Positions 37,261 to 47,656 of a stretch of DNA of 64,000 bases are shown piece by piece (within the stretch, counting starts at the first letter, position 1; the number at the start of each line of letters is the position of its first letter). A model generated the notes under the pieces. The model did no database searches. It was not told where the DNA came from and saw only the letters and a program-made list of their open reading frames with translations. The position numbers and the translations under genes are program-made. The stretch comes from Spirochaetales bacterium (lineage in GTDB: Bacteria; Spirochaetota; Spirochaetia; Treponematales; UBA12059): NCBI GenBank assembly GCA_016928955.1, contig JAFGJV010000004.1, forward strand, positions 323,736 through 387,735, in the 5' to 3' direction.

Positions 37261-38304
37261 CTACAGGTTCAGGGCGCCCGCCGAGCCGAACGCGATGTCG
37301 ATGCCCCGTATGGCCTCGAAGTACTTGCCTGCGCCAATGGCGACGCACTCCAGGGGACGTTCTGCCAGGATGACTGGCACGCCCGTCTCCTTGGCGATCA
37401 GGCGTGGCAGGCCCTTCAGGAGGGACCCGCCGCCCGCCATAACGATGCCGCGCTCGACGATGTCAGCAGCAAGCTCAGGCGGAGTCTGACCGAGGGTCTT
37501 CTTGATCTCCTCGACGATCTGGTTTACGGGTTCCTGGAGAGCCTCGCGGACTTCCACCGAATCGATTTCCAGCCTCCGCGGGAGTCCGGTGATGGCGTCT
37601 GTGCCCTTGATTTCGACCTTTTCTATCACCTTGTCCGGCGACGCGTTGCCGATCTCGACCTTGAGCCGCTCCGCCGTCTGCTCGCCGATGATCAGGTTGT
37701 GGGCTGCGCGGATGTGCTTGATGATTGCCTCGTCGAACTCGTCGCCGCCTATGCGTATGGCGTTGGTAACGACCAGGTCCTTGAGCGATATGACGGAAAT
37801 TTCCGTGGTGCCTCCGCCGATGTCGCATATCATGTGCCCGGCGGGTTCGTGTATCGGTATGTCGGAGCCGATGGCCGCCGCCAGGGATTCGGGCAGGACC
37901 TCGACCTCTCGGGCGCCGGCCTTGTACGCGGCCTCGACCACGGCGCGACGCTCGACCTCGGTGATGCATGTCGGTATCCCGATGACCATCCGTGGCTTCA
38001 CGAACCAGCGCCGGGGTATCACCTTTTGGATGAAGTACTTGATCATCTTCTCGGTGGTGTCGGGATCCGCTATGACGCCGTCGCGCAGTGGCCTAATGGC
38101 CACTATGTTGCCGGGCGTTTTCCACAGCATGCGCTTGGCCTCCGAACCGACCGCCAGCACGCGCTTGGTGCCCCGCTCCACGGCCACCACGGAAGGCTCG
38201 TTGATCACTATCCCCTTGCCCCGCACATAGATGAGCGTATTGCACGTGCCCAGGTCGATGCCGATATCCAACGCCAACGAGTCCAACAATCTTCTTCCGG
38301 CCAT
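37261..38304 (-). CDS. mreB: Rod shape-determining protein MreB
   Basis: [24 protein letters not shown] and TPPELAADI motifs. Confidence 0.97.
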   Translation of the reverse strand: MAGRRLLDSLALDIGIDLGTCNTLIYVRGKGIVINEPSVVAVERGTKRVLAVGSEAKRMLWKTPGNIVAIRPLRDGVIADPDTTEKMIKYFIQKVIPRRWFVKPRMVIGIPTCITEVERRAVVEAAYKAGAREVEVLPESLAAAIGSDIPIHEPAGHMICDIGGGTTEISVISLKDLVVTNAIRIGGDEFDEAIIKHIRAAHNLIIGEQTAERLKVEIGNASPDKVIEKVEIKGTDAITGLPRRLEIDSVEVREALQEPVNQIVEEIKKTLGQTPPELAADIVERGIVMAGGGSLLKGLPRLIAKETGVPVILAERPLECVAIGAGKYFEAIRGIDIAFGSAGALNL

Positions 38305-38660
38305 GGAAGCGCTCCTTGCTCTGGTTGAGGGGCGGCCAAGTACAGACGTCTCGGCGCGCCATCGCAGTTTTCAGTGGCCGCCATCTGGCCCCAGGGGCCG
38401 CGTGGCGGTCGAAAAGCCGTCCGACGTAAAACGCTCCGCGTTCCGTCGACCGCGTACATAACCGGGTTCCAACGCGCCTATCAGCCGGGCGCGTAAAAGC
38501 CCGCGACGAGTGAGCCAATTTCAAAAGCCTGTTACTTCTGAAATTGGTGTTGCGATTGCTCGCGGTTGTTTGCATATTTCGCAACCGCTACGCAAATCAT
38601 ATTTTAATATGTAGCCTTTCAAAACTCGTCCGATTTTTGAAAGAGCCTCTCGTATCCAGC

Positions 38661-39632
38661 CTACGTCCGTTCGGCCAGTTTTTTACGCGCCTCCTGGTGC
38701 ATAGGGTCGATCGACACGGCCTTCCTCCACGCGGCGCGGGCCTTGAGCTGGTCGCCCAGGGCCTGGTAGACAAGCCCTTCGTAATACCAGGCGTCTGCCG
38801 ATTCTGGATTGCCGTCCTTGATCGATTGGTAGAGGGCCAATGCGTCGTCAAACCGTGCGCGTCCCCTGTATATATCGGCCAGCAGGAAGGCACAGCGTTC
38901 CCGTAAATACGCGTCCTGCGTTTTATCCATGGCTTCCCGCGCAAGCTTCTCAGCTTCGTCGCTCCGGCCTATTTCCACGTAGATGGCGGCCGCGGCCGCC
39001 TTGAGTTCGTAGGAATCGGGCGAAGCGACCATGGCCTTCTCGAAATAAGCCGCGCTTGCCTGCATGTCGCCAAGGCTTTTCGATGCAAGGCCTAGGTACT
39101 CCCATGTATCCACCTGCGTAAAGCCCAAGTCGGCAGCAGCGCTGAGTTGGCTTATGGCCTCCGGCGCGTAATCCAGTCCCTGGTGGTAGTATGCCTTGCC
39201 GAGTATGTACCTGCACTTGGCCTCAAGGTCTGAATCTCCGTCCAAGACCGCCTTGCGCAGGGAAAAGACCGAACGGCTGAGTTCCTCGGCCTTGCGTTCG
39301 GCGTCGAGTTCCGACATGGCCAGGTAGAAGGACGAAAGGCCGTGCATGGACAGGAAGAAAGGATCAAGGGGCGTTTCCGCAAGGGCCTTTTGCGCGAGCT
39401 CGGCCACGGATGCGTACTCTCCCGCGTCCCAGAGCGCCAGCGTCTCCGCCCTATCCGGCCGTCCCTGTCCAAGGGCCCTGCGCTCCGCCAGGGACAGCAT
39501 CAGTGCGCGTATTCCGAACACAGCCCCGGCCAGCGACGCGACAGCGACGGCCACCAGTATAACACCGCGGCGCCGCCGTCGTTTGAGGTATGGATCATCA
39601 TGCGTGACAAAACGCGGCGCGTAAGGCTTCAT
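38661..39632 (-). CDS. Membrane-anchored tetratricopeptide repeat protein
   Basis: Basic stretch and TM helix, then multiple TPR motifs (AWYYEGLVYQALGD). Confidence 0.82.
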   Translation of the reverse strand: MKPYAPRFVTHDDPYLKRRRRRGVILVAVAVASLAGAVFGIRALMLSLAERRALGQGRPDRAETLALWDAGEYASVAELAQKALAETPLDPFFLSMHGLSSFYLAMSELDAERKAEELSRSVFSLRKAVLDGDSDLEAKCRYILGKAYYHQGLDYAPEAISQLSAAADLGFTQVDTWEYLGLASKSLGDMQASAAYFEKAMVASPDSYELKAAAAAIYVEIGRSDEAEKLAREAMDKTQDAYLRERCAFLLADIYRGRARFDDALALYQSIKDGNPESADAWYYEGLVYQALGDQLKARAAWRKAVSIDPMHQEARKKLAERT

Positions 39633-39738
39633 TGCTACCTGGAATTTGTATCACGGGACGACGCATGCAGTCAATGAAGCGGGGACACGGCCAGACAGCG
39701 ACCGGATGTCCGATGGCTATTCGTGCCCATGAAAAAAA

Positions 39739-40135
39739 GGGGCGGACCTGTAAGCCGGGTTCTGTGGCCGGCCTTGCGGCCGACCGGGCGCCATCCATCT
39801 TGACCGGAAGTTGCCTTCCGGCTCGCGCGGCCAACCCGTGGATCGCGGGCGCCAGAGGCGCCCGCCCGCGGACCGCGGACCACTGCTTGGCCTTGCTCGC
39901 GACGAGGTTTGCCGTGCCGTCCTCGTTGCCGCGGACGCGGTGGGCTCTTACCCCACCTTTTCACCCTTACCCCGGGTTTCCCCGAGGCGGTACGCTTTCT
40001 GTTGCGCTGTCTGTCGCGCTGCCGTCTCCAGCACCGCGCCCGGCCGTTAGCCGGCGTCGCGTCCTATCGAGCCCGGACTTTCCTCCCGGATCCCGCCAAA
40101 GACAGCGGGAACCGGGCGGCGCCCCGGTCCGCCCC
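39739..40135 (-). ncRNA. rnpB: RNase P RNA (bacterial type A)
   Basis: Minus strand has GAGGAAAGTCCGGGCT, GGTGAAAAGGTGGGGTAAGAGCCCAC, GGCAAACCTC and ACAGAACCCGGCTTA. P1 helix GGGGCGGACC/GGTCCGCCCC, TAGAAT upstream and a T-run downstream. Confidence 0.97.
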
Positions 40136-40162
40136 ACACATTCTAGGCTAGCTCTTAAAAGC

Positions 40163-41020
40163 TCAGTCCTCGGAACCGTCCATGTCGTCCTTGCCGGAAT
40201 CGATGTCGTCCGAGCCGTCGTAGCCCTCGTCCTCGCCCTCGTCGCCAAAGTCGTCAAGGTCTGCAAGGCTGCCCGACTCTATGTCCACCAGGTACTCGTC
40301 TTGGGCCTCGCCCTCCTGGTAGTACAAAACACGGGAGCAGTAGGGACAGAAGGTTATCTTGTTGCTCTGGCGCACTTCGTTGACGAATTCCGCCGGTAGG
40401 ATCATGGAACAGCCCGAGCAGATGGTGCCGCGCACCGGCACGATACCTATGCCCTGCTTGGAGCGTATGATGCGCTCGAACTTGAACACCACCTCGGAGT
40501 CGATGCCGTTGGTGATCTTGGTCTCTTCCGCGCGCAGTTTCTTTACGCGCGCGTTCATGTCGCTTTCCTCGTTCTTGATCCTGGCGCGCTTCTCGGCGAT
40601 TTCCTGTTCCTGTGCCTCGATCAGGGTCACCGCGGCCTTCAGCTCTTCCTCGGCTTCCTTGAAATTTTCCTCTTCGCGCTTGAGTTCCTTGCGGAACTGG
40701 TCCTCGCGCTGGCCAGCCTCGGTGATTTCCTTATTCAGGGCCTCGAATTCGCGCGGGCTGGATATGCTGTCCATCTGCTGTTCGGATTTTTCTCGCTGGG
40801 CCATGGTATCAGTGAGGTTCTGGCGGAGCTCCGACACTTTTGTGGATACTTCCTCAAAGCGCGCTGCCTTGTCGGCGTGGGCCTTGCGTGCCCTCGTGAG
40901 GACTTCCTCCTGCGCGGCTATGGACTTGGGGAGTTGGTGGATTTCTTCCTCCAACGCAACGCGCTCCAGGAGGAGCTCCTGGAATTTCTTGAGCCGCTCA
41001 AACAGGTCTTCCATCAGCAT
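40163..41020 (-). CDS. Coiled-coil protein with a C4 zinc ribbon (DUF164/CdsZ-like) and an acidic tail
   Basis: Long coiled coil and CSGC...CPYCSRVLY. GAGGTG SD. Confidence 0.88.
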   Translation of the reverse strand: MLMEDLFERLKKFQELLLERVALEEEIHQLPKSIAAQEEVLTRARKAHADKAARFEEVSTKVSELRQNLTDTMAQREKSEQQMDSISSPREFEALNKEITEAGQREDQFRKELKREEENFKEAEEELKAAVTLIEAQEQEIAEKRARIKNEESDMNARVKKLRAEETKITNGIDSEVVFKFERIIRSKQGIGIVPVRGTICSGCSMILPAEFVNEVRQSNKITFCPYCSRVLYYQEGEAQDEYLVDIESGSLADLDDFGDEGEDEGYDGSDDIDSGKDDMDGSED

Positions 41021-41124
41021 AGGTTGTCACCTCATTCGGGATGTGCCGCTTTAGCCGGCGGATTATAGCACAGAACGTAAGGGCGCATCAACGCCAAGCC
41101 CGGCCCCGCTGGCCAGCGGGACGG

Positions 41125-42855
41125 TCAATGGTCAACGTAATCCCTGAGTTTTTGGCTACGCTTGAAGTGGCGCAGTTTCTTCAGGGCCTTGGCCTCGATC
41201 TGGCGTATGCGTTCCCTGGTCACGTTGAAATAGAGCCCGACTTCCTCAAGGGTCAGGGAGTAGCCGTCGTCGAGCCCGAATCGCATCCTGAGCACTTCCT
41301 GCTCCCGGGGCGGCAGGGTGGACAGCACGGAGCGTATCTGCTCCTGGAGGAGCTTGTAGTCGGTCTGGACGCTCGGGTTTTCTATTTCCTTGTCTTCGAT
41401 GAAGTCGCCAAGGAGGCTGTCCTCGTCCTCGCCTATGGGCGTTTCCAGGGATATAGGCTCCCTGGCAACGTTCTTGACGCTCTTGACGCGGGTGACAGGC
41501 CAACCGAGCTGCTGGGCGACCTCCTCGTCGGTGGGCTCGCGCCCGAGCTTCTGCATCAGCTGGCGGGATTCCCGCACCACCTTGTTGATCTGCTCGATCA
41601 TGTGGACGGGCACGCGGATGGTGCGCGCCTGGTCACTTATCGACCTGGTTATGGCCTGCCTGATCCACCAGGTGGCGTAGGTGGAGAATTTGTAGCCCTT
41701 GCGGTACTCGAATTTCTCCACCGCCTTGATGAGTCCTATGTTCCCTTCCTGCACAAGGTCAAAGAAGTGGAGGCCCCTGTTCGTGTATTTCTTTGCTATG
41801 GACACAACCAGCCGGAGATTGGCCTTTATGAGGCGGTCCTTGGCGTTCTTCATCATGATGCGGCCGCGGTTTATCTCCCGGGCCATGCGAATGATGGAGT
41901 CGCAGTCGCTCTCAAAGGCGTGTTCCATCTCCTCCAGTTTCTTTTCGGTCACCTGGATCTGGCGGATGCGTTCCTTGATCTCGTCGGCGTTGATGCCAAG
42001 GTCCGACTCGATCTTCTCCCGTCGGTCCTTGATGGTCAGGTTCCTGCCAAGGACCCTGAGTTCCTTCAGGTTGGACACACGGAGGGTATGCTCCAGCTTC
42101 TCCTGCTCCCGGCGGTACTTTTTAATCCGCTTGGCAGCGTTGATGAATTTTTCGGAGAACGAGTTGATTTCCTCGGTGTGGAGGTCGGCCTGGCCGAGCC
42201 GCTCCACCAGCGGGCCCCTGAGCGTCTTGAGGCTTTCGTCGCTAAGCACCTCGCCGCCGCGGCTGGCCACACGTTTTTTGGCCTCCATGTACGACTTGAG
42301 CTCAGCCTGGGTATCCCTGAGCACGTCACGGTAGAACTGGTTAAGCCGACGACGCTCTGCTATGCGCTCGGAATTTTCCTTCCTCTGCTGGGAGCCGGAT
42401 TCGCGCTTGGCCTTGACGGATATCTGGTGAAACTCGGGGATCAGCATGCCGCTTTCCTTGATGATCCCCTTGATGATGTTCTCGCCCTCTTCCATCTGCT
42501 TGGACAGCTCGACCTCCTGCTCGGCGGTGAGGAGGTTTTCCTTGCCTATCTCGCGGAGGTACAGGCGTATCGGGTCGTCAACGGCGCTATCCTTGTCGTT
42601 GTAGACAAGGCGCTTTTTCTCCTGCGTCTCGCCGCGACCGGCCTCCTTGGGCTCCGCGGCTTCCTCCACCTGGAGGTCCTCCTCCTCTATCTGGATGTTG
42701 TTGTTCTCCAGAAGGGCAAGGACACCGTCTATTTTGTCCGACGACACGATATGCTCGGGCAGGAAATCCGACAGCTCATCAAAGCTGATGGTTTTCTTGG
42801 CCTTGGCGTACTCGAGAAGTTTTGCGATCGCGGGGTCGAGTTCGTTATCTCCCAT
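41125..42855 (-). CDS. rpoD: RNA polymerase sigma factor RpoD
   Basis: [35 protein letters not shown] and [10 protein letters not shown] motifs. Start is 42855 or 42864. Confidence 0.98.
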   Translation of the reverse strand: MGDNELDPAIAKLLEYAKAKKTISFDELSDFLPEHIVSSDKIDGVLALLENNNIQIEEEDLQVEEAAEPKEAGRGETQEKKRLVYNDKDSAVDDPIRLYLREIGKENLLTAEQEVELSKQMEEGENIIKGIIKESGMLIPEFHQISVKAKRESGSQQRKENSERIAERRRLNQFYRDVLRDTQAELKSYMEAKKRVASRGGEVLSDESLKTLRGPLVERLGQADLHTEEINSFSEKFINAAKRIKKYRREQEKLEHTLRVSNLKELRVLGRNLTIKDRREKIESDLGINADEIKERIRQIQVTEKKLEEMEHAFESDCDSIIRMAREINRGRIMMKNAKDRLIKANLRLVVSIAKKYTNRGLHFFDLVQEGNIGLIKAVEKFEYRKGYKFSTYATWWIRQAITRSISDQARTIRVPVHMIEQINKVVRESRQLMQKLGREPTDEEVAQQLGWPVTRVKSVKNVAREPISLETPIGEDEDSLLGDFIEDKEIENPSVQTDYKLLQEQIRSVLSTLPPREQEVLRMRFGLDDGYSLTLEEVGLYFNVTRERIRQIEAKALKKLRHFKRSQKLRDYVDH

Positions 42856-44635
42856 TCCGCTCATCCTTTATGGCAGTCAGTTCTCCGTCTAGATGCATTT
42901 TTTCATAAAGCAGTTCGTTCAAGGACACTTCGTCTCCGTCCCTGCCCTCATCATAGTCCCTGATGCGGGCTACCAGTTTCTGCACCCGTTTTTTTATGGC
43001 CTGTTCCTTCAGCCTGAGCACGCCGTCCGCCACAAAACGTTGCGGATCAGCGTCGTAGGCGCCTGTGGCCGCCCTGTCCAGCACAAAAGCCGACAAGGAG
43101 CCGTCCTGTATGGCGGCCGCGGCGGCCGCGGGTCCCGGATCGTCGCGACGGAAGCATTCCTCCAAGGCTATGTAGCCGCTTCTGAGCGCCTCGTCCTCGA
43201 AAAACGAGGGATCCAAGACGGCCCTGAATTGCGCGTACAAGGCCGGATGGCACGCAAGGGCGGCCAGGAGTTCGGCGTCCGGGCCAGGCGTAAAGGCCTT
43301 CTCCGTTGTATCCGTCCTGGTAGGCGGCCGAGGCCGTCCCCTATCCAAGAATCGAGCGAAATCAGCCCGCACTGAAGCAGGATCGACGCTGAAACGGGAC
43401 GCCGCCGTTTCTAGGAAGGCATCCCGCCTGAGTTCGGACGTATATTCGGCGATGAATGGAAACAAATACGAAAAAGCGGCCGCCACTCCTTCCGTGCCGC
43501 CACGGGAAAATGCCACGGCAGCGTTGCCGAGCAGGAATTCTTCGGCAGTTATAGTTGATTCCGCCTCTTTTTTCAATCGCTCGTGGCCGTATTTTTGGGC
43601 AAACTCGGCAGGATCCTTCCCGTCCGGGATTTTAAGCACCAAGGCAGTGAGCCCGGCTTTTTCCGCCAGGCCTATGGCCCGTTCAGCCGCCTTGACACCG
43701 GCCTGATCCGTGTCAAACGATAACACAACCGTATCGGCGTAGCGCTTGACAACCGCTGCCTGGGTTTCCGTGAACGACGTGCCCAAAGGCGCTACCGCGT
43801 AGTCTACGCCGGCCGCGTGAAATGCTATGGCGTCCATGTAGCCCTCGCAGAGCACGGCCCGGCCATGGTCGCGTATGGATTTGGCCGCTTTTGACAGCCC
43901 GAACAGGTTCTCGTGTTTGCGGAACACGCTGGTTTCCGGAGAATTTATGTATTTTGGACCGTCACCGGCAAGCAATCGTCCCCCAAAAGCCACGCAACGT
44001 CCCCTGGCGTCATGGATGGGGAACATCAACCTGTCTGAAAATATGCACACCTCTGGGTATTTGGCGGAAAAAAGCCCGCTGGATGCCAGAAATTCGGGTG
44101 AATACGACTTGCCAAGGAGAAACCGGCGCAACCAGGTGCGATCTCCGGGCGCATAGCCCAGCCGGAAAGACGCGATGACCTCGTCGGAAAGGCCCCTGGC
44201 GCGGGCATAGTCCAAGGCAGGCTTCCCGCGGGCGTCCTCCGTGAGCAGATGGTGAAAGGAGCCGGCCAGCCGCTCGTACAGCTCGTAGATGGCGTCCCGC
44301 CGCTTTTTTTCGTCGTCCGCCGCCGCGTCGTCCACACCTTCGTACCGGAGGGGTATGCCGGCGCGGTCCGCCAGGCGTTCCAGAGCCTCTACATAGCCGC
44401 ATTTTTCAATTTCCTTGACAAAGGTGACGACATCGCCGCCTTTTTTGCAGCCAAAACAGTAGAAAAAGCCCCGTTCGGGGTTCACGTTGAACGACGGCGT
44501 CTTCTCGTTGTGGAAGGGACACAGGCCGAGCCACCGCGCACCCCGTTTTTCCAGGCGGACATACTCCTTGACCACGCCCACAATGTCGCTGCGGGACACA
44601 ATGTCCCTGACCAGGGCTTCCGGGATCCGCTTCAT
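42845..44635 (-). CDS. dnaG: DNA primase
   Basis: [28 protein letters not shown] and FDTDQAG motifs. Confidence 0.97.
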   Translation of the reverse strand: MKRIPEALVRDIVSRSDIVGVVKEYVRLEKRGARWLGLCPFHNEKTPSFNVNPERGFFYCFGCKKGGDVVTFVKEIEKCGYVEALERLADRAGIPLRYEGVDDAAADDEKKRRDAIYELYERLAGSFHHLLTEDARGKPALDYARARGLSDEVIASFRLGYAPGDRTWLRRFLLGKSYSPEFLASSGLFSAKYPEVCIFSDRLMFPIHDARGRCVAFGGRLLAGDGPKYINSPETSVFRKHENLFGLSKAAKSIRDHGRAVLCEGYMDAIAFHAAGVDYAVAPLGTSFTETQAAVVKRYADTVVLSFDTDQAGVKAAERAIGLAEKAGLTALVLKIPDGKDPAEFAQKYGHERLKKEAESTITAEEFLLGNAAVAFSRGGTEGVAAAFSYLFPFIAEYTSELRRDAFLETAASRFSVDPASVRADFARFLDRGRPRPPTRTDTTEKAFTPGPDAELLAALACHPALYAQFRAVLDPSFFEDEALRSGYIALEECFRRDDPGPAAAAAAIQDGSLSAFVLDRAATGAYDADPQRFVADGVLRLKEQAIKKRVQKLVARIRDYDEGRDGDEVSLNELLYEKMHLDGELTAIKDERNGR

Positions 44636-45708
44636 GGATTGCGCGGCTTCACATACAGGGACGCGGACCTTATATGCTCGTCCAGGGTTTCGGAGAAACT
44701 GTGGGTGCCGGCCGCCTCGTCAACCAATCTGAAATACAGGTAGTCCGTCTGGGCCGGCCTGAACGCCGCAGCCAGGGCGGTCAGTCCCGGGCTGCAGATG
44801 GGCGTCGGCGGAAGGCCCGCGTACTTGTAGGTGTTGTAGGGATCGACGATCTGCAGATCCCTGTCGTACAGACGCTCCGGATGGGGACGCCCCATGCGCT
44901 CGGTGATGATGTACACCACGGTAGCGCATGACTGCAGTCCCATGCCTATGCGCACCCTGTTCCAGAACACGCTGGCCATCAGGGGAGCCTCGTCCGGTAC
45001 GCGGTACTCCCGCTCGACGATGCTGGCCACGGTCACGTAGCGCTGGAGTTCTTCCGGGCTAAGCTTTTGGGCCTCGGGAAGGGTTTTCTCCAGCCGGGAG
45101 CGGAACGTGTCCACCATCATACGTATGAGCACGTCCGCTCCGGCGTCCGGCGGCAGGAAGTACGTGTCGGGGAAAAGGTAGCCCTCAAAGCTGCTTGAGG
45201 CTATGCCGAGCTCGGCCAGGAGCTCAGGGTCCCTGGTTTTGGCCAAGAAATCCTCCGGCTGGGCTATGCCAGCCTCAGCCGCGCGCTCGGCCACAACACG
45301 GAGGACGGCGCCCTCTGGCACCACGAGCTTGCGCATAACCTGCTTGCCCGACGCTATCAGCTCCATGATGGCCGAAGAACCCATGCCCGGCCGTATGTCG
45401 TACACGCCAGCCTTGAGATCCTGGTCCAGGTTCTTGGCTTTGAGAAGCAGGAGGAATACTTCCTCGGACCGGATCAGGCTTTCGTCGTGGAGCCGGCGCG
45501 CTATGGCGCGGGCGCTGTCCCCGTCACGTACGGTGAACAGCGCACCCTCCGGGGGCAGGGCAGGCGCTGGCGAGTCCAGCCAGGTCAGTCCCAGAAGGGC
45601 CGCCAGGGCCAGGCTGCCGGCCACAAAGAATAGAAAAACCAGGACAGCGCCGGTGGTTTTTCTGGCCTTCGTTCCCATATCGTTACGCTGCGTCATCAGG
45701 CAAGCCAT
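44632..45708 (-). CDS. mltG: Endolytic transglycosylase MltG
   Basis: EGYLFPDTY, ASIVERE and PYNTYKYAGLPPTPICSPG motifs. Confidence 0.95.
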   Translation of the reverse strand: MACLMTQRNDMGTKARKTTGAVLVFLFFVAGSLALAALLGLTWLDSPAPALPPEGALFTVRDGDSARAIARRLHDESLIRSEEVFLLLLKAKNLDQDLKAGVYDIRPGMGSSAIMELIASGKQVMRKLVVPEGAVLRVVAERAAEAGIAQPEDFLAKTRDPELLAELGIASSSFEGYLFPDTYFLPPDAGADVLIRMMVDTFRSRLEKTLPEAQKLSPEELQRYVTVASIVEREYRVPDEAPLMASVFWNRVRIGMGLQSCATVVYIITERMGRPHPERLYDRDLQIVDPYNTYKYAGLPPTPICSPGLTALAAAFRPAQTDYLYFRLVDEAAGTHSFSETLDEHIRSASLYVKPRNP

Positions 45709-45920
45709 CCCTTCACGTAGGCGCCATAGCGTTCCGCCACCAGCTCCATCTCCTCTATGCTGAAATGCCCGTACATTACCTGCCTCAGGGCGTCCAGGGC
45801 CCGCCTCTGGACGGGATCCAGGCCGTCTTCCCGTTCGAGCAGGGACGAGTACAGGGACGCGAGCTCCAGCCCGCTCATTTCCAAACGCATAGTCTGGCGG
45901 CTAAAATCGTCAAATGTCAC
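45696..45920 (-). CDS. Small hypothetical protein (74 aa)
   Basis: Fills the operon gap, overlapping both neighbours. Helical and acidic. Confidence 0.6.
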   Translation of the reverse strand: MTFDDFSRQTMRLEMSGLELASLYSSLLEREDGLDPVQRRALDALRQVMYGHFSIEEMELVAERYGAYVKGWLA

Positions 45921-46848
45921 ATTCCAGGCCCTCCCGGGCCAGTATTACCTCTATACCGCGCTTTTCCATATGACCCAGGTACCAGGCCGCCGATTTTAGG
46001 ATGGTTTCTATCTTGCGGTCGCTATAGGCCGGCTCGTGGTGGAACAGGAACAGGCGCTTGATGCCCCAGCTCGCGGCAAAGTCGGCGGCAAGGCTGAACG
46101 ACGAATGCCCCCAGTACTGCTTTTCTATGGCCTCCCCGAGGGTATACTGGGCGTCTATGATCAGCGCGTCGGCTCCCCCAAAAAACTGCTCGTTTTCCTC
46201 CGTGCGCTCGAAATCCGCCGCCTCAAGTTCCGTATCGGTCGAGTATATGGCTTTGCGGCCGCCTTCCGTCACCAGGTAGCTGTAACAGCCGCCGGGATGG
46301 CTCATGGACCTATGCCGCACGGTCACCCCGCCTATACGGATTCCCTCACCCCTGATCTGCACGAATTCCTTCTGCGCGCCCATCACGTCCATCTCCACGG
46401 GAAAATACGGAGGACGCATCTGGGCGTCCAAGAGGTCCCTGAGATCAGGCTTGGGACTGTAGAACGATATATGGGATCTCGGGTCAAAGGCTGGCGCGAA
46501 GAAGGGCAAGCCCTGGATATGATCCCAGTGAAAATGCGAAAAGAAAAGATGTACGGCTGCCGGTTTTTTTGTGGCGGCTATTTCCAGCCCCAGGTTGCGT
46601 ATGCCCGTACCCGCGTCGAAAACGATACGGCAATGCTCCCCGGTCGCCACTTCCACGCAGGCCGTGTTGCCTCCCACGGTGGAAAACAGGTAGTCCGGGA
46701 GCAGGGCCATGAATCTCTCCCTGGATTCCTGGGACTCCAGGTCGGAAGGACTGATGCGCTGGACTATGGAGGAAATCTTGCTTTTAAGTCCGGCCGGCGT
46801 GATCGGCGTGGGCAAGGACCCCCGTACGCCCCAGAACCGTATCCTCAT
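45910..46848 (-). CDS. MBL-fold metallo-hydrolase
   Basis: FWGVRGS, GGNTACVE, DAGTGI, SHFHWDHIQG and FHHEP motifs. Confidence 0.92.
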   Translation of the reverse strand: MRIRFWGVRGSLPTPITPAGLKSKISSIVQRISPSDLESQESRERFMALLPDYLFSTVGGNTACVEVATGEHCRIVFDAGTGIRNLGLEIAATKKPAAVHLFFSHFHWDHIQGLPFFAPAFDPRSHISFYSPKPDLRDLLDAQMRPPYFPVEMDVMGAQKEFVQIRGEGIRIGGVTVRHRSMSHPGGCYSYLVTEGGRKAIYSTDTELEAADFERTEENEQFFGGADALIIDAQYTLGEAIEKQYWGHSSFSLAADFAASWGIKRLFLFHHEPAYSDRKIETILKSAAWYLGHMEKRGIEVILAREGLECDI

Positions 46849-47308
46849 CGACCGTCTCCCACCTGAAGGTATAGTCCAGCAAAATCGGCTTGTTGGACAT
46901 CCGCGCCTCCAGCCGCCTGGCGATTTCCGCCCCGTCTATGACAGTTCCCCGGCCTATGCCCGGGCATTCGTGCGCTTCCGACAGCCAGTCCCGTTCACTG
47001 TCCAGTATGCCTGGCCAGAAAGGATAGGTAGAGCATTGCACCGGCCGGGCTTGGTACACCGTGCAGCCTCCGTCCCAAAAGACGCAGTCGTAACCCGGTT
47101 TCTCAGTAAGGCTTATTGACCAGCCGTTGCCCATGTCCACCGACCTGGTAAATTTATCCAGAAAGACGCGAAAGGCAAGTCCGGTATGGCGCATGAGCCG
47201 GACAAGATCGGATGCCGACAAGAGGACCAGGCCCGGTTCTTGTCGGCAGCAGGCCGAACAGCGCGTGCATGAGAACCTGAGTCCGTCAGCCCAGAAAGGC
47301 TTGGACAT
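46784..47308 (-). CDS. YkgJ/FliB family Cys-cluster (Zn or Fe-S) protein
   Basis: FSCTRCSACC and CVFW..GCTVYQARPVQCSTYPFW motifs. AAGGAG SD. Confidence 0.9.
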   Translation of the reverse strand: MSKPFWADGLRFSCTRCSACCRQEPGLVLLSASDLVRLMRHTGLAFRVFLDKFTRSVDMGNGWSISLTEKPGYDCVFWDGGCTVYQARPVQCSTYPFWPGILDSERDWLSEAHECPGIGRGTVIDGAEIARRLEARMSNKPILLDYTFRWETVDEDTVLGRTGVLAHADHAGRT

Positions 47309-47347
47309 GTGGCGCTCCTTCCGGCGCGTATGCTCCGCGCCATACGG

Positions 47348-47373
47348 AAAAAGGCCGCCCAAGCGGGCGGCCT
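47348..47373 (-). terminator. Terminator downstream of the tRNA pair
   Basis: AGGCCGCCC-GCTT-GGGCGGCCT followed by TTTT on the minus strand. Confidence 0.75.
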
Positions 47374-47380
47374 CTCGGAT

Positions 47381-47462
47381 TGGAGAGAGAAGGATTTGAA
47401 CCTTCGAAGGCTAAGCCAACAGATTTACAGTCTGCCCCCTTTGACCACTCGGGAATCTCTCC
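47381..47462 (-). tRNA. tRNA-Tyr (GTA), CCA not encoded
   Basis: GGAGAGA/TCTCTCC acceptor stem, anticodon loop CT-GTA-AA, long variable arm and GTTCAAATC T-loop. Confidence 0.96.
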
Positions 47463-47497
47463 ATGTGGACCGGCGTCATCCCAGGACCAGCCTCGAA

Positions 47498-47570
47498 AGC
47501 CATCTCCCGGAATCGAACCGAGGACCTCGAGATTACAAGTCACGCGCTCTACCAACTGAGCTAAGATGGC
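47498..47570 (-). tRNA. tRNA-Thr (TGT), CCA not encoded
   Basis: GCCATCT/AGATGGC acceptor stem, TAGCTCAGTTGGTAGAGC D-arm, CT-TGT-AA loop and GTTCGATTC. Confidence 0.95.
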
Positions 47571-47587
47571 GTCGTGGAACGAACGGC

Positions 47588-47616
47588 ACTATACCTGGAA
47601 GCACGGCGCGCGTCAA
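47588..47616 (-). promoter_or_regulatory. tRNA operon promoter
   Basis: TTGACG-17 nt-TATAGT on the minus strand. Confidence 0.75.
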
Positions 47617-47656
47617 GGGGAAGCGACGCGTGGCGCGCAGGGTATCCACGTTTTTT

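Noticed and set aside
38544..38560. sigma54-like GG-N10-GC site (TGGTGTTGCGATTGCT)
   Set aside because: It is on the plus strand with no downstream plus-strand gene, and the match is short enough to be chance.
39632..40399. ORFs over 39632-40399
   Set aside because: The region is explained by rnpB and the zinc-ribbon gene end.
41041..42963. 640-aa plus-strand ORF
   Set aside because: It is the antisense shadow of rpoD caused by strong GC3 codon bias, with no protein-like motifs.
47526..47546. U-U mismatch in the tRNA-Thr anticodon stem as a sign of a pseudo-tRNA
   Set aside because: It is a single mismatch, and all other arms, the promoter and the Thr-Tyr pairing are canonical.
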